64,000 bases of DNA from Azolla caroliniana (lineage: Eukaryota > Plantae > Polypodiophyta). The position numbers and the translations under genes are program-made. Shown in pieces: positions 26,501-37,129 of the stretch. Each line of letters starts with the position of its first letter. The first letter of the stretch is position 1. A model generated the notes under the pieces. The model had not been told where the DNA came from, did not search any database, and worked only from the letters and a program-made list of their open reading frames with translations. The stretch is from assembly GCA_043228905.1 (NCBI GenBank), contig JBHGNT010000012.1, positions 16,864,001 through 16,928,000 of the forward strand. The letters run 5' to 3'.

Positions 26501-27705
26501 AAAAGAAAAGGATCGTCGCTTAGTCAAGGCGTACGAAATGGAGGAAGGTGGCTCCTTTAAAAAATTTAGCCACAAAAAAGATATTACGAGAGATCTTTAC
26601 TACAATGTGGTTTGCGGTGATGTCATCGACTTGATCCAAAAGATGCCAAAGAAGGAATATACGCTAATGATTGCGGATATTCTTTACGGATTTCGAATGG
26701 CTGGGTCATCATACGACGATGAACCATTTAGGTTTAAACAATTGGAGAAGATGGTCAAGGATTTCGCTAAGCTAACGACTGCATCCTTGTGGCGAATAGT
26801 TGTCTTTCATAGTATGGACCAAGGGTACTCGGTAGCTCAAGCTTTGAGATCTCGTTGCCATGGCATCGAGAACCTTGCATGGTAAGGATTATTTATAGGT
26901 GTCTTTCACTATATTGCATTTCTTAAGGTTGTTCAATCTATTCTTAACTCGATGTATTATTTTTTATAGGATCAAGACCAATGTAAATAGAGGGCCAACT
27001 TTTCGGTTCGTTAATGCCATTGAATACATAACGGTTGGCTACTTCGATGAAATTAAGAAATAGAGAATCAAGGAGCATTCTAATGAAGTGGGAGGTTCAA
27101 ATCTGTTGGTATATCCAGCAGTGACACGGAAATTGCGACATGTCATCACGACAGAACGGGGACTTGTCAACCCATGCCAAAAACCTCAACGACTTATGAT
27201 GCGCTTGATCGAGATGTTTTCTGTCGAAGGAGACTGGATATTAGAACTCTTTTCTGGCATAGGTATTCCTCGAACTAGGGTAACGATCTTGAGATAACCA
27301 ATCCCTTTTTTTTTCGTTTGACAACTAAATCTTCTTGTTACTTACATCACAGGAACTACGTCTGCATGTGCATTGAAGCTTTTTAGAAATACAGTTGCAC
27401 TGGAGAAGGACGAGGACCAAGTTATATTTATTAATATGCGGATTAAGGCTTTATGGGAGTGCCCAGACCAGGATGAGGAGGTCGGTGCAAAGAACCTCGC
27501 TAATACAGAAAGGTTTCAACCTGCTTCGCGAGAGCCTATTCCTTCGTTAGCCGGCGAACCGGGGGAGCTAATAGAGCTTGATGATGAGCTTATAGAAGAT
27601 ATTTCGTTGGCTCGGCTAACAGGGGAAACCAATGCACGTATAGCCGAAGACAGTTCTACACAAGATGATGAAGAAAATGACGTTGATGAATTGATTGCTA
27701 TGTAA
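23533..27705 (+). pseudogene. ParB/Srx-like domain fused to a beta-class (N6-adenine/N4-cytosine) DNA methyltransferase; 6 exons, ~974 aa, 3 premature TAG stops
   Basis: Exons 23533-23567, 24508-26145, 26221-26359, 26415-26881, 26970-27262 and 27353-27705 join through GT-AG introns into 2925 nt in one frame. The ParB-like core reads PFIVMVD..YFVIGGSHSAEARRQL..KIYVGLTTEEAKLLA. The MTase motifs are in beta order: CGDVIDLI..LMIADILYG (motif IV), WIKTN..NAIEY, NPCQKPQRLMMRLI, GDWILELFSGIGTTSACALKLFRNTVALEKD (motif I). Confidence 0.85.
23618..24050. repeat. Nine 25-bp palindromes GAACTCGATACG-N-CGTATCGAGTTC with an exact 51-bp period, in intron 1
   Basis: Cores start at 23618, 23669, 23720, 23771, 23822, 23873, 23924, 23975 and 24026; the spacers are 26 bp and AT-rich. 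Confidence 0.97.
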
Positions 27706-28378
27706 TAGACTCTATGAAGAAAATGACACTGACGATTTGTTAGGATTTCACATTATTAATACAAATTTTGGGTTTTACCTAGTGGATTCTATTCTTTATA
27801 ATCTTCTATATGTTTCAATTTTATTTTTATATACTTGGTTAGTAGATTTATGACATTGGTTTCACCGCGTGCATAGCTGACTACCAAATTTATGGAGAAA
27901 CATGAATTAGTTTAAATTGAGGCTGATTTTGGTCCAAGCTAACCTTAACAGAACATGGCCCTATAATTGTTGCCATGACTGTCCATGTTGTTATTATGGA
28001 TCTTTGTCTTCTATTGTTAAAACTATTATGTTTCTATTCCATTGCTGCTTAGATTGTGTAGTGTGTTGATAATGGTTCCAGTTGCGTTATCGTTCGGAGT
28101 TTGATCCTGTGTGAATCACCTAAGCAATAGAGTAGATCAATTTTAAATACAGGTATGAAAGCCTAATAGGTTTGTTATTTCCACGACATTATCCTAAAGT
28201 TCACTGCCTTACATTGTCCACAATTATATACATATGGTTTGATCCCATATGAACAAACTGAGGAATAGATTAGATCAACTTTAAATACAAGTATTGAATA
28301 CTTTAATAAGTTAGTTATTCCAATCACTTATCCTAATGTGCACTATCCTACATTTTCCACAATTACATACATGCACGT

Positions 28379-29061
28379 TGTCGTGAAGATTTTCGTCCAT
28401 AGGCGGAAAACCGAGCGAAGTAAGCAAACCCGCGATGTGCAACGTTGCACATCAAGATGTTGTATTCTATTTGTCGATAGTGATAAGTGTGGTGCTAGAA
28501 ATGCACCTTAGGATTTGTAAAGTGTAAAGGTGATGTGCTTTTGCGCGCACATCCACGTGAGAGAGAGAGATAGGTACATAGTAGTTCGTGTAGAGGTGGG
28601 AGTTAAGACCCATCCTTCCCTCCTCCCCTAAAATCAAGGGAAATATCCCCATTGATTGAAAGGGGATATTTTGTAGCACCTTTATGTAACGGTCTTCCCT
28701 CCTTGTGCTATAAAGGGAGAGGAAGAGCACCATTGTGGGGGTTGCCTTATTTTTGAGTGTGAGTGAGGTATACCACTTCGTTTTAGGGTTAGGGTTTCGT
28801 TTAGGGTTTCTTTTCTTCTTCGTCGGATTAGGGTTTCGGGTTTATCATAGTCGTTTGGTGCGGCCTACGCGGCCGCCATTTTGTAATCGGTTTTCGGTTC
28901 TAATATATCTTGTTGAGCATTTGGCCTCCATCTTCCTCTTGTTCATTCTTTCTCTTCTTGTGCTAAGCTCCATTCCGAAGTCCTATTCCTTCTCCCCTTC
29001 TCCTTAGTCCAAGACCCCCGTGGTTCCGCCCTTCTCCACGCACGCGCGTAACAACGCGACA
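28379..29061 (+). repeat. 5' LTR of element E
   Basis: TGTCG...CGACA; direct repeat of 33273-33956. Confidence 0.95.
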
Positions 29062-29103
29062 TCTTTGGTGAACCCGACGTGAAGGGCGGCAAGGGAGAAA
29101 GAG

Positions 29104-32100
29104 ATGGAGGAAGGCTTCGACTTCGAGGAGATGATGACAAAGATCTTGACGGACGCCGGACGGAAGAGGGCGAGGCGAGAGGCGGCTCAACAAGCGGTCG
29201 AAAGGGTGGTCCGTCTAGTCGGCCGGTTCGATGGGAAGGAGGTCCCAAAATTTTTGAGAGCCTACGATGCCGAGATGACGGGGATGGGCGTGGACGAAGC
29301 GACGAGGCTAGAGTTCTTTCGTCGAGCGGCGGCCGCATCAAAGTACGAGGAGGTCAAGGAGCTCCAAGAAGCTCACGAATCGTGGGAGTCCTTTGAAGGG
29401 GCTCTAATGGAGGCATACGGGTGCGCGGAATCGGAGGTAAGAGGTCGGCGAGAGTTCGATCGGTGGATGGCGTCGGCGAGGCGCCATCGGAGCGCAATAG
29501 AGGCATTCCGAGAGTTCGAGCGTCGTTTCTCTCAACTCTCGGAGTGGGAACGAAGATCGGTGGGGGCGGACAAAGTCCTCCTATTTTTGGAGACGGTCCA
29601 TCATGAGGAGAGGATGGACATCACGTTCGAGCTTCAAGACGATTATGGGGCGCATGGTCTCACCGAGGAGTGGCCCGAAGTGGAATGGGTGTGTCGGCAA
29701 CATGAGGCGAGCCGGTCGGCCACAACACGGCCCGCGAGCGGGGGAGAAGAGAGAGCGACGACCAACTACGCCATGCCGCCGGACGAGAGCTCATCGCGAA
29801 CCGGTTTGGAGGGACTCGACCTACAAGCGCTAATACGGGAGGCGTGCGGGCTCGTAATGGCGAAAATCGAAGCCGAAGAATGGCTTATTGCGGGGTCGGG
29901 CCCGAGCGGATCGGAGGACGCGGAGGAAGGAGCTTCCTCACACATGGAGGACGGGGCCTATGCGGAGGCCGAAAGAGAATGGTACATCGGTACCACGGGA
30001 GAGGGTGCGGAGCGAGCCGCCCTCTCGACATGGGGGAAAGGAACGACCGGGGACGAGGTCGGGGACGGTGAGGCGGCGATCGCCGATTCGAGCGGACATG
30101 GCGGATTCGGGACATGGTGGCCCGAATCATCGAGTACGGAGGAGACAAGCGGCGGTACCGCAACCTTCCACGCACCGGTTCAAGAGACCCCGGCGGCCGG
30201 CCCGAGCGCCCGCGTGAGACCGAGGGAAAAGCACGGTGGCGGCGGCAAGGCGGGCAACCGAGACAACGGTAAGGAGACCGCGGAAGAGGCGGCGGCAAGC
30301 ATAACCGATGCTTGCATATACGGAGGCGGGGTAGCCACGGACAACGACGTCCGAGCAGAGGTGGCTACGGACATTACATCGACGAGCGGCGGTCCCGCGA
30401 CCTTACACGCGTCATTCCTGGAGATCACGGCGGCCGGCCCGAGTGCCCGCGTAAGACCTATGGTGAAAGGCGGTGGCTGTGGCAAGGCGGGCGACCACGG
30501 CGTCGACACGAGAGAAGGTGCGGAGCAAGCGACCGTCTCATCTCGGGGAAAAAGAACGGCCATGGACGAGGCCGATATCTACGGAGCGATGGACGCCACT
30601 TCGAGAGTGGGCGGAAGTTTCGGGACGCGGTTGCCCGAAACGTTCTACGAGGATTTCGCGAGCATACTCGAGGCTTGCGAAATGGAGGAGGAAGAGGAGA
30701 CGAGCGTCGGTGTCGCGACCTTCCACACACCGGCCCTAGAGGCTTCGGCGGTCGGCCCGAGTGCCGGCACGAAACCTAGAGCTACGGACGGTGGCGGCGG
30801 CAAGGCGGACAACCGAAATGAGGACGAGACCGGCGAAGAAGAGGCGTCGGCAAGCATACTCGATGCTTGCGAAACCGAAGACGGGGTAGCCACGGACGAC
30901 GATGTCCGAATGGAGGTGGCTACGGACGAGAGGAGTGGTGGTGTCGCGACCTTCCACACACCGGTCCTAGAGACTCCGGCACCCGGCCCGAGAGCCGGCG
31001 AGAGGCCTAGAGTGACGGACGGTGGCGGCGGCAAGGCGGGCAACCGAAACGACGACGACATGGGAGAGGGTGCGGAGCGAGCAACCTTCTCGTCTTGCGG
31101 CGAATGGACGGCCAAGGATGAGGCCGGTGACTACAAAGCGGAGAGCGCCACTTCGAAAGTGGGCGGAAGATTCGGGGCACGGCGGCCCAAAACATCGAGC
31201 GGAGAGGAGGCGAGCGGTGGTGCCGCGACCTTCCACACACCGGCCCTAGAGGCTTCGGCGGTCGGCCCGAGTGCCGGCACGAGACCTAGAACGACGGGCG
31301 GTGGCGGCGGCAAGGCGGGCAAACAAAATGATGCGGAGAACGGCGAAGAAGAGGTGGTGGCAAGCATACTAGAGGCTTACGGAATCGGAGATGGGGGAGC
31401 CGCGGACAACGACGTCCGAACGAAAGCGGCTACGGAGACAACAAGCGGCGGTGCCGGGTCCTTACCCACACCAATCCTAGAGGCTCCAATGGCCGGCCCG
31501 AGTGCCGGCATGAGGCTTAGTGCGACGGGAGGTGACGGCGGCAAGGCGGGCAACGGAAACGAGAAGGAAGATTGGAGCGGACGGAGGCAAGACCCCTTGA
31601 CACCGGGGCCGGAGACTTCAGCGGTTGTGCTCGAATGCCAACGTGAGACCGGAGAGATGGGCGGTGACCGTGAGGAGGTGAGGCCCGGAGAGAGCGCATA
31701 CGAAGACGAGTATGCGGCGCCCGGAATGGGCGTATACGGTGGGTCCGACGGAGAGGACCGGAGCGGAAACGAGGAGAGAGTCGGGAACCGACCCGACCGG
31801 AATACGGCACGGAAGAAGAAGAGAGTAAGGGCCGGCGAACCGGGCCCAAACCGAAGGAAGCCGGCGAGACCGATTGGCCGGTTACGGTTACGGTTACGAT
31901 GGGAGCCGGTAAGCGCGAGATGGAGGCTAACCGGGCACGACGACCATGGTTCGGGGGAAAAACGGAAACAAACGAGACCCTCCATACCCACTCTAGAGAC
32001 TACAGCGGTTGCGGATCAACATAAGACCGGAGAAACGGCGGGTGGCGGCGAGGAGTCGGAGGCCGGAGCGTACGAGGTTACCGGAACGGATGTCCGGTAC

Positions 32101-33261
32101 GAGATGGTGGACGGGTGGGTCCAAGACGGCGAGCCCGTGTCGGAACGGGCTACGGCGACAAAGGAGGAGAAGACCGACACGGAGGTCGGGTCTACGGCGG
32201 AAGAGCGAGACGAGATGCATGCAATACGGCCGATGGAGGGCCAAGACACATGCATGCCTACGAAGGAGCTACATCGTGCGACCGAAGATGACGGTCGGAT
32301 CACGCCTTCGAGAGGCGAATACGAGGAGGAAGGCGGCGACGACGAGATCTGGCACGATGCTAGGGAAGATTGGTGGGAAGAGGTGGCCTACGGAGAGGCT
32401 AAGACCGGCGGCCACGAAGATAAGGCCCGAGAGGGATCCTCTACACCGGCTATAGAGACTCCGGCGGTCGGCGCGAGTGCCGACGTGAGACCAAGAGTGG
32501 CGGACGGTGGCGGCGAGGGGACGAAGGCCACAACGGATGAAGGCACCGAGAGAGGCATACGGGAGGTCGCGGAGAACGAAGATGTATGCCCCCAAAAGAA
32601 CGAACACGACATCACGAAGGATGTGTACGGTCGAGCGGGCCAAGAGGGCCAAGAGGGTGTTCCTCCGAGCGAAACGGAGGTCGGGGAAGAAAGGTACCTT
32701 TCCGAAAGGGTACGCGAAGAGGAGCGGAATGCGAAACGTGCAATGCGGCCGCATGAGGGCCAAGCAACGAGCACGCATTCGGAGGACGACACCGACGTAC
32801 GGGGAAAGCCTACGGAAGGCAAGTGCGGAGCGAGAAGAGTCGGCACGACGAGGTGCGCGGCACGAAAAAGGCGGATCCGGAGGATATGCGAGGCGGAAAA
32901 AGGGTCGGCAACGGCGTTCGGGAGGACCGATCGGGGAAGAAAGCGCGGGCATCGGAAACGGCGGTCCGGATGTAGACGGTGGTTCGAGGAAACATGGTGG
33001 ACGTGGCGGATCGGGTGGAGGCAACGACTCGGCGAACGTCGTCAAGTGTGGCGGATCGGATGGAGCCGACGGTTCGAGACCATTCGGCGGAGATGGTGGG
33101 CCGGAAGGCGACGGTGGTTCGTGTGGACGGGGTGGACTTGCTCGAAGTGGAAGACTAAGCCGGGCAAGCCCACGAGGTTGTCAAGGGCTCGGTTGGCCGC
33201 CTTGGCCGAAAATCTCGCGTTATGTTCCCCTTTTGGCACATACCGGTGGATGTGCGGTTAG
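29104..33261 (+). CDS. Intact 1385-aa gag-like protein with a long Gly/Glu/Ala/Thr repetitive extension and an Arg/Trp-rich C-terminus
   Basis: N-terminal GRFDGKEVPKFLRAYDAEM..DKVLLFL..GLTEEWPEV; repeated ATFHTPxLExxAxGPSAxxRPRxTDGGGGKAG units; fills the whole space from PBS to PPT. Confidence 0.8.
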   Translation: MEEGFDFEEMMTKILTDAGRKRARREAAQQAVERVVRLVGRFDGKEVPKFLRAYDAEMTGMGVDEATRLEFFRRAAAASKYEEVKELQEAHESWESFEGALMEAYGCAESEVRGRREFDRWMASARRHRSAIEAFREFERRFSQLSEWERRSVGADKVLLFLETVHHEERMDITFELQDDYGAHGLTEEWPEVEWVCRQHEASRSATTRPASGGEERATTNYAMPPDESSSRTGLEGLDLQALIREACGLVMAKIEAEEWLIAGSGPSGSEDAEEGASSHMEDGAYAEAEREWYIGTTGEGAERAALSTWGKGTTGDEVGDGEAAIADSSGHGGFGTWWPESSSTEETSGGTATFHAPVQETPAAGPSARVRPREKHGGGGKAGNRDNGKETAEEAAASITDACIYGGGVATDNDVRAEVATDITSTSGGPATLHASFLEITAAGPSARVRPMVKGGGCGKAGDHGVDTREGAEQATVSSRGKRTAMDEADIYGAMDATSRVGGSFGTRLPETFYEDFASILEACEMEEEEETSVGVATFHTPALEASAVGPSAGTKPRATDGGGGKADNRNEDETGEEEASASILDACETEDGVATDDDVRMEVATDERSGGVATFHTPVLETPAPGPRAGERPRVTDGGGGKAGNRNDDDMGEGAERATFSSCGEWTAKDEAGDYKAESATSKVGGRFGARRPKTSSGEEASGGAATFHTPALEASAVGPSAGTRPRTTGGGGGKAGKQNDAENGEEEVVASILEAYGIGDGGAADNDVRTKAATETTSGGAGSLPTPILEAPMAGPSAGMRLSATGGDGGKAGNGNEKEDWSGRRQDPLTPGPETSAVVLECQRETGEMGGDREEVRPGESAYEDEYAAPGMGVYGGSDGEDRSGNEERVGNRPDRNTARKKKRVRAGEPGPNRRKPARPIGRLRLRLRWEPVSARWRLTGHDDHGSGEKRKQTRPSIPTLETTAVADQHKTGETAGGGEESEAGAYEVTGTDVRYEMVDGWVQDGEPVSERATATKEEKTDTEVGSTAEERDEMHAIRPMEGQDTCMPTKELHRATEDDGRITPSRGEYEEEGGDDEIWHDAREDWWEEVAYGEAKTGGHEDKAREGSSTPAIETPAVGASADVRPRVADGGGEGTKATTDEGTERGIREVAENEDVCPQKNEHDITKDVYGRAGQEGQEGVPPSETEVGEERYLSERVREEERNAKRAMRPHEGQATSTHSEDDTDVRGKPTEGKCGARRVGTTRCAARKRRIRRICEAEKGSATAFGRTDRGRKRGHRKRRSGCRRWFEETWWTWRIGWRQRLGERRQVWRIGWSRRFETIRRRWWAGRRRWFVWTGWTCSKWKTKPGKPTRLSRARLAALAENLALCSPFGTYRWMCG

Positions 33262-33272
33262 GTGGGGGCGGA

Positions 33273-33956
33273 TGTCGTGAAGATTTTCGTCCATAGGCGG
33301 AAAACCGAGCGAAGTAAGCAAACCCGCGATGTGCAACGTTGCACATCAAGATGTTGTATTTCTATTTGTCGATAGTGATAAGTGTGGTGCTAGAAATGCA
33401 CCTTAGGATTTGTAAAGTGTAAAGGTGATGTGCTTTTGCGCGCACATCCACGTGAGAGAGAGAGATAGGTACATAGTAGTTCGTGTAGAGGTGGGAGTTA
33501 AGACCCATCCTTCCCTCCTCCCCTAAAATCAAGGGAAATATCCCCATTGATTGAAAGGGGATATTTTGTAGCACCTTTATGTAACGGTCTTCCCTCCTTG
33601 TGCTATAAAGGGAGAGGAAGAGCACCATTGTGGGGGTTGCCTTATTTTTGAGTGTGAGTGAGGTATACCACTTCGTTTTAGGGTTAGGGTTTCGTTTAGG
33701 GTTTCTTTTCTTCTTCGTCGGATTAGGGTTTCGGGTTTATCATAGTCGTTTGGTGCGGCCTACGCGGCCGCCATTTTGTAATCGGTTTTCGGTTCTAATA
33801 TATCTTGTTGAGCATTTGGCCTCCATCTTCCTCTTGTTCATTCTTTCTCTTCTTGTGCTAAGCTCCATTCCGAAGTCCTATTCCTTCTCCCCTTCTCCTT
33901 AGTCCAAGACCCCCGTGGTTCCGCCCTTCTCCACGCACGCGCGTAACAACGCGACA
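33273..33956 (+). repeat. 3' LTR of element E
   Basis: Direct repeat of 28379-29061. Confidence 0.95.
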
Positions 33957-34297
33957 ACGTATGGGTCAAAGTATAAATTATAACTCATTTTATTAGTATG
34001 GATACAAGTACACCTGATATTTTTGTAAAACTTACCTAATTAATATAAGTCTTTAAGTTAGTGTTTCCCTTGTCGCACAGTAGTGACATATTGAGCCATA
34101 GTTGAACTTTATTATGCCTACATTAACTTATCAACGTGTCTAAACTTGCATGATTTCTAATGATCTCCACTCGTAGATCTATCATGTATTTTTATATTTG
34201 CAAATTCTCATCAAGTTGAGGAACATGTGATACTAGTGCATCCAATTTTTGTAGAGAGGGTGTATTTGCTTCGTTTTAAGAAGATTCTACAAGTGGA

Positions 34298-34333
34298 ATG
34301 CGCAATCCTTCCACTTGTGAACGCGAACGTGTT
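34298..34333 (-). repeat. Right TIR of the Sola1-like element
   Basis: 35/36 inverted match to 19542-19577. Confidence 0.95.
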
Positions 34334-34337
34334 CACA

Positions 34338-36239
34338 CCGTTTTGCTCCGGTGTGTATCTGCAGCTAAACTCTCTCCGAATTCCTGTTTGTTGCAGATAA
34401 CTGTTGAATTGGCCGGAAAAATATTCTTTTCCACCATCTGACTGCAAGCACTTAATCTTCCTCTCTTATTCCCGTTCCACCATGCTCTGGAGGTTCCGGA
34501 AACAGTCGAAGACTTCGCTCTTCCGCTCAATGAGGTAGATCCATGTGTGCCAGCTATAGTCGTCGATGAAGGAGACGAAGTATCAACTCCTGCCAAGACT
34601 CACGTTCTATGCCGGTCCCCATACATCCGAATGAATAAGGCCGAGCTTGTTACGGCTACGGTTTTGTTCGGCGAGGAATGGAAGCCAGTGTTGCTTCCCA
34701 AGTTGGCAGGCTTCACATATTTGGGCCTTCCGGCCACTAAACTTCAGCAAACCAAAAACAACTTGTTTCGTTTGCAGGTCTTGAAGCCTTCGATAATTGA
34801 TGTGTGCCGATCCGCTTGTGCCAAAGGTTGATGTCTGATTCGACCTTCTGTCCTTTGGCGAACAAGGCGGTGTCGACGTCATTGGTGTTGAGGATGAACA
34901 TCCTCCCATCTCTGCGCCCTTGCACGATAATTTGGCCCTCCTCCTCGATGAAGCACCCGAGGTGCGTAAACTGCACCTGCATTCCCTGGTTGACGATCTG
35001 TCCGACCGACACCAAGTTCTTCGTGATAGTCGGAACGTGTAATACGTTCATCAGCTTCCCCCTCTGTTCGACGTGGCTCAGGGGAACTTCTCCGACATGC
35101 ACGATTGGGTGAGGAGTGTCATCTCCGGTTTCGACAACTCCCGGTTGTTCCGGTTTCTCCAAGAAGGAGAACCACTCTTTGTGGCTCGTCATGTGATTTG
35201 ACGCATCGGAATCAACGTACCACACTTCCTCCGATTTGGAAGTGGTCTTCTTCATCGAGTTTGCCTCATGCTTCATCATCAAGGCCGGCCCCTTACCGGT
35301 CTTCCTGGTTCTGGATCCTCTCGATCCTTGTGCGTAGTGCGAGCTTTGCCGGTTCTCCCGACCTATTTTGCCGGATCCAGATCTGTCCGCAACGGCGCGC
35401 TTCTTCCAGCACTCGCTTTCTCTGTGGCCCTTTTTACCACAGTACCAGCATTCCGTGGAGGATTTTTCTTGCCGGCTTTCGGCGCCGCCTTGACTCCCCC
35501 TGCTTGTGGAAGTTCCGGAACTGTTGTCAACACGGTCTCTGTGCTGTCGGTCTTGCCCTTGCCGGACGCCTCCATTGCGTGCCGACCCGCCTCGTCCACC
35601 ATGCCCACGGGGCCGATCCGCCTCCGTGTATAGCATCCGGTTGTCGGTGGGTGCACTTGTTGACGCACTGGCATGGTTCTCCTCTACAAGGAGCATTGAC
35701 TGTAAGTCGAAAAATGACGGCGTATTCTCCCTCGTACAAACTACTGTCCAGAAAGCTCGGAACTTAGATGCCAGGCCCCCAAGACAAACCTGTACCATCT
35801 CGTCTTCCTCTACCGTGACGTTGATAAAGGCAAGCGAGTCACAGATCTCTTTGATTCGGGCCGTGTAATCAGCCAGTGACATGTCCTTTTATCGGAAATT
35901 GCTCAACTCCTGTTGGAGTTGCAGCTTCTAGGCTGTGGTGCTTGCGGTAAACACCTTCTTCAGGTTTCCCCAAGCCTCTTTCGGCATCCCGGCATCTCGG
36001 ACGTGGCTCAGCAATTGGTCTCCGACACTGGACGCAAAGCAGTACATCACTCTACTTGCCGATTGTTCCCACACCGGGAAGTCCTTGTGTGCCGCATCAG
36101 GTGTTGTGTCGTTAGCTCCGTCGACATAGCTCTAGTACCCATGCCCAAGCAGGTATTGGTGCATCTTGTAAGACCAAGATGCGTAGTTGGTTCTGTCGAG
36201 ATTCTCCACTGGGAGCAAGCTAGCCATTCCTCTATCCAT
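34338..36239 (-). pseudogene. Copia D gag, protease and integrase N-terminus
   Basis: CWYCGKKGHRESEC, WYVDSDASNHM, LWHKRIG, IHSDVWGP. Confidence 0.9.
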
Positions 36240-37129
36240 TTTTCTTTTCCTGTTCTTTACGAAAGTTTTCCTTTCAAGCTATGTCAGCTGCAGAGGTTCT
36301 CAACCCTCGCGCTCTGATACCATGTAAAAACAAATAGCACGCAGAAGCAATAAAAACAGAAAACAGAGAACAGGTTTAATGGAGAGCTTAACAGTACGCG
36401 GGAGAGACAGAGAGAAAGAGAGAGAGAGAACAAGAATCTCTATTCAAAAATTATATCAACGCTCTGTACATAGTATGTGTTCAACGAACACTTTTATACA
36501 AGTCCATACGGGTAGACAAAACTAAGTTGGAGGTGACATGATAGAAGAATGCCCACTTGTCTTGCAAGAACACTAAAACAGGGAGTACAAACGCAATAGG
36601 GAGTACCATATTAAGATGTAAACTTTGAACCCAACAAGTAGGAGAATTACAACAAGTAGTACTGATTCACGTGAAGAATGAGCACTAACACAAGAATTAC
36701 TTCCTTAGACATTGCATTATAAGTACTAAACATATGGATTAAAAATTACCTGGCGATAAAGTAGAACGATCGTGGCGCCTTAAACTACGAGGCAGCACCA
36801 TCAGACCAAACCCAATGACGGTTAAAGTTAAATCCTAGAGACTAAATCTGCATGGTGAAGCTTAAAACAATGTTGAACAAATAGTGTATCATGCTTTTTA
36901 TCATCTGAAATGTAAAATATTGATTTCTTATGTAACTCACCATCTTGTCTCCAATAGCAAATATGTACAAGTATTGTACATTGATAATTGTACCAATGCA
37001 TTGATTGAACCTCATTTTAAACTTTAAATGTATAGTTTTCTGCAAAGTCAATAACGGATATGATGACAGTCGTTGGTAAGTTATTAATACATTCCTTGAA
37101 CTGTGAATTTTGCCAATAACTCCGGAAGT

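Larger units (their letters stand above)
28379..33956 (+). mobile_element. Very recent non-autonomous gag-only gypsy-type LTR element E
   Basis: Near-identical LTRs 28379-29061 and 33273-33956 (one 1-bp indel seen). 4-bp TSD ACGT. tRNA-Trp-type PBS TGGTGAACCCGACGTGA at 29066-29082. PPT AGGTGGGGGCGGA. One ORF, with no RT, RH or IN motifs. Confidence 0.92.
19542..34333 (-). mobile_element. Sola1-like DNA transposon (~9.2 kb native plus a 5.6-kb nested LTR element) carrying a ParB-methyltransferase gene
   Basis: 36-bp TIRs AACACGTTCGCGTTCACAAGTGGAAGGAT(C/T)GCGCAT at 19542-19577 and 34298-34333 (35/36). 4-bp TSD CACA at 19538-19541 and 34334-34337. Excision restores the copia integrase motif YTPEQNGVAERKNR. 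Confidence 0.92.
16138..36521 (-). mobile_element. Ty1/copia element D (interrupted by the Sola1-like element; 5' LTR truncated)
   Basis: 3' LTR 16138-16529 with an adjacent PPT (CTCCCCCTCAAG on +). 5' LTR 36323-~36521 matches only the first ~195 bp. PBS TGGTATCAGAGC at 36311-36322. Confidence 0.9.

Noticed and set aside
23533-27705. Bacterial or phage contamination as the source of the ParB-MTase
   Set aside because: The gene has five GT-AG introns and lies inside TIRs and a TSD that interrupt a plant copia integrase.
28134-28372. Diverged ~139-bp-period duplication in the Sola1 3' region
   Set aside because: Two degenerate AT-rich copies with no further structure.
28780-28840. Telomeric TTTAGGG-like repeats (also ~1590-1625, 33675-33735 and 40120-40180)
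   Set aside because: Only a few dispersed telo-box-like units in LTR or promoter sequence, not a telomere array.
28467-29007. Identical small ORFs repeated at 33362-33902
   Set aside because: They are chance ORFs within the two near-identical LTRs.
29079-33349. Numerous overlapping and antisense ORFs within element E, and likewise in element I and the copia elements
   Set aside because: They are shadows of GC-rich coding sequence with no recognisable motifs.
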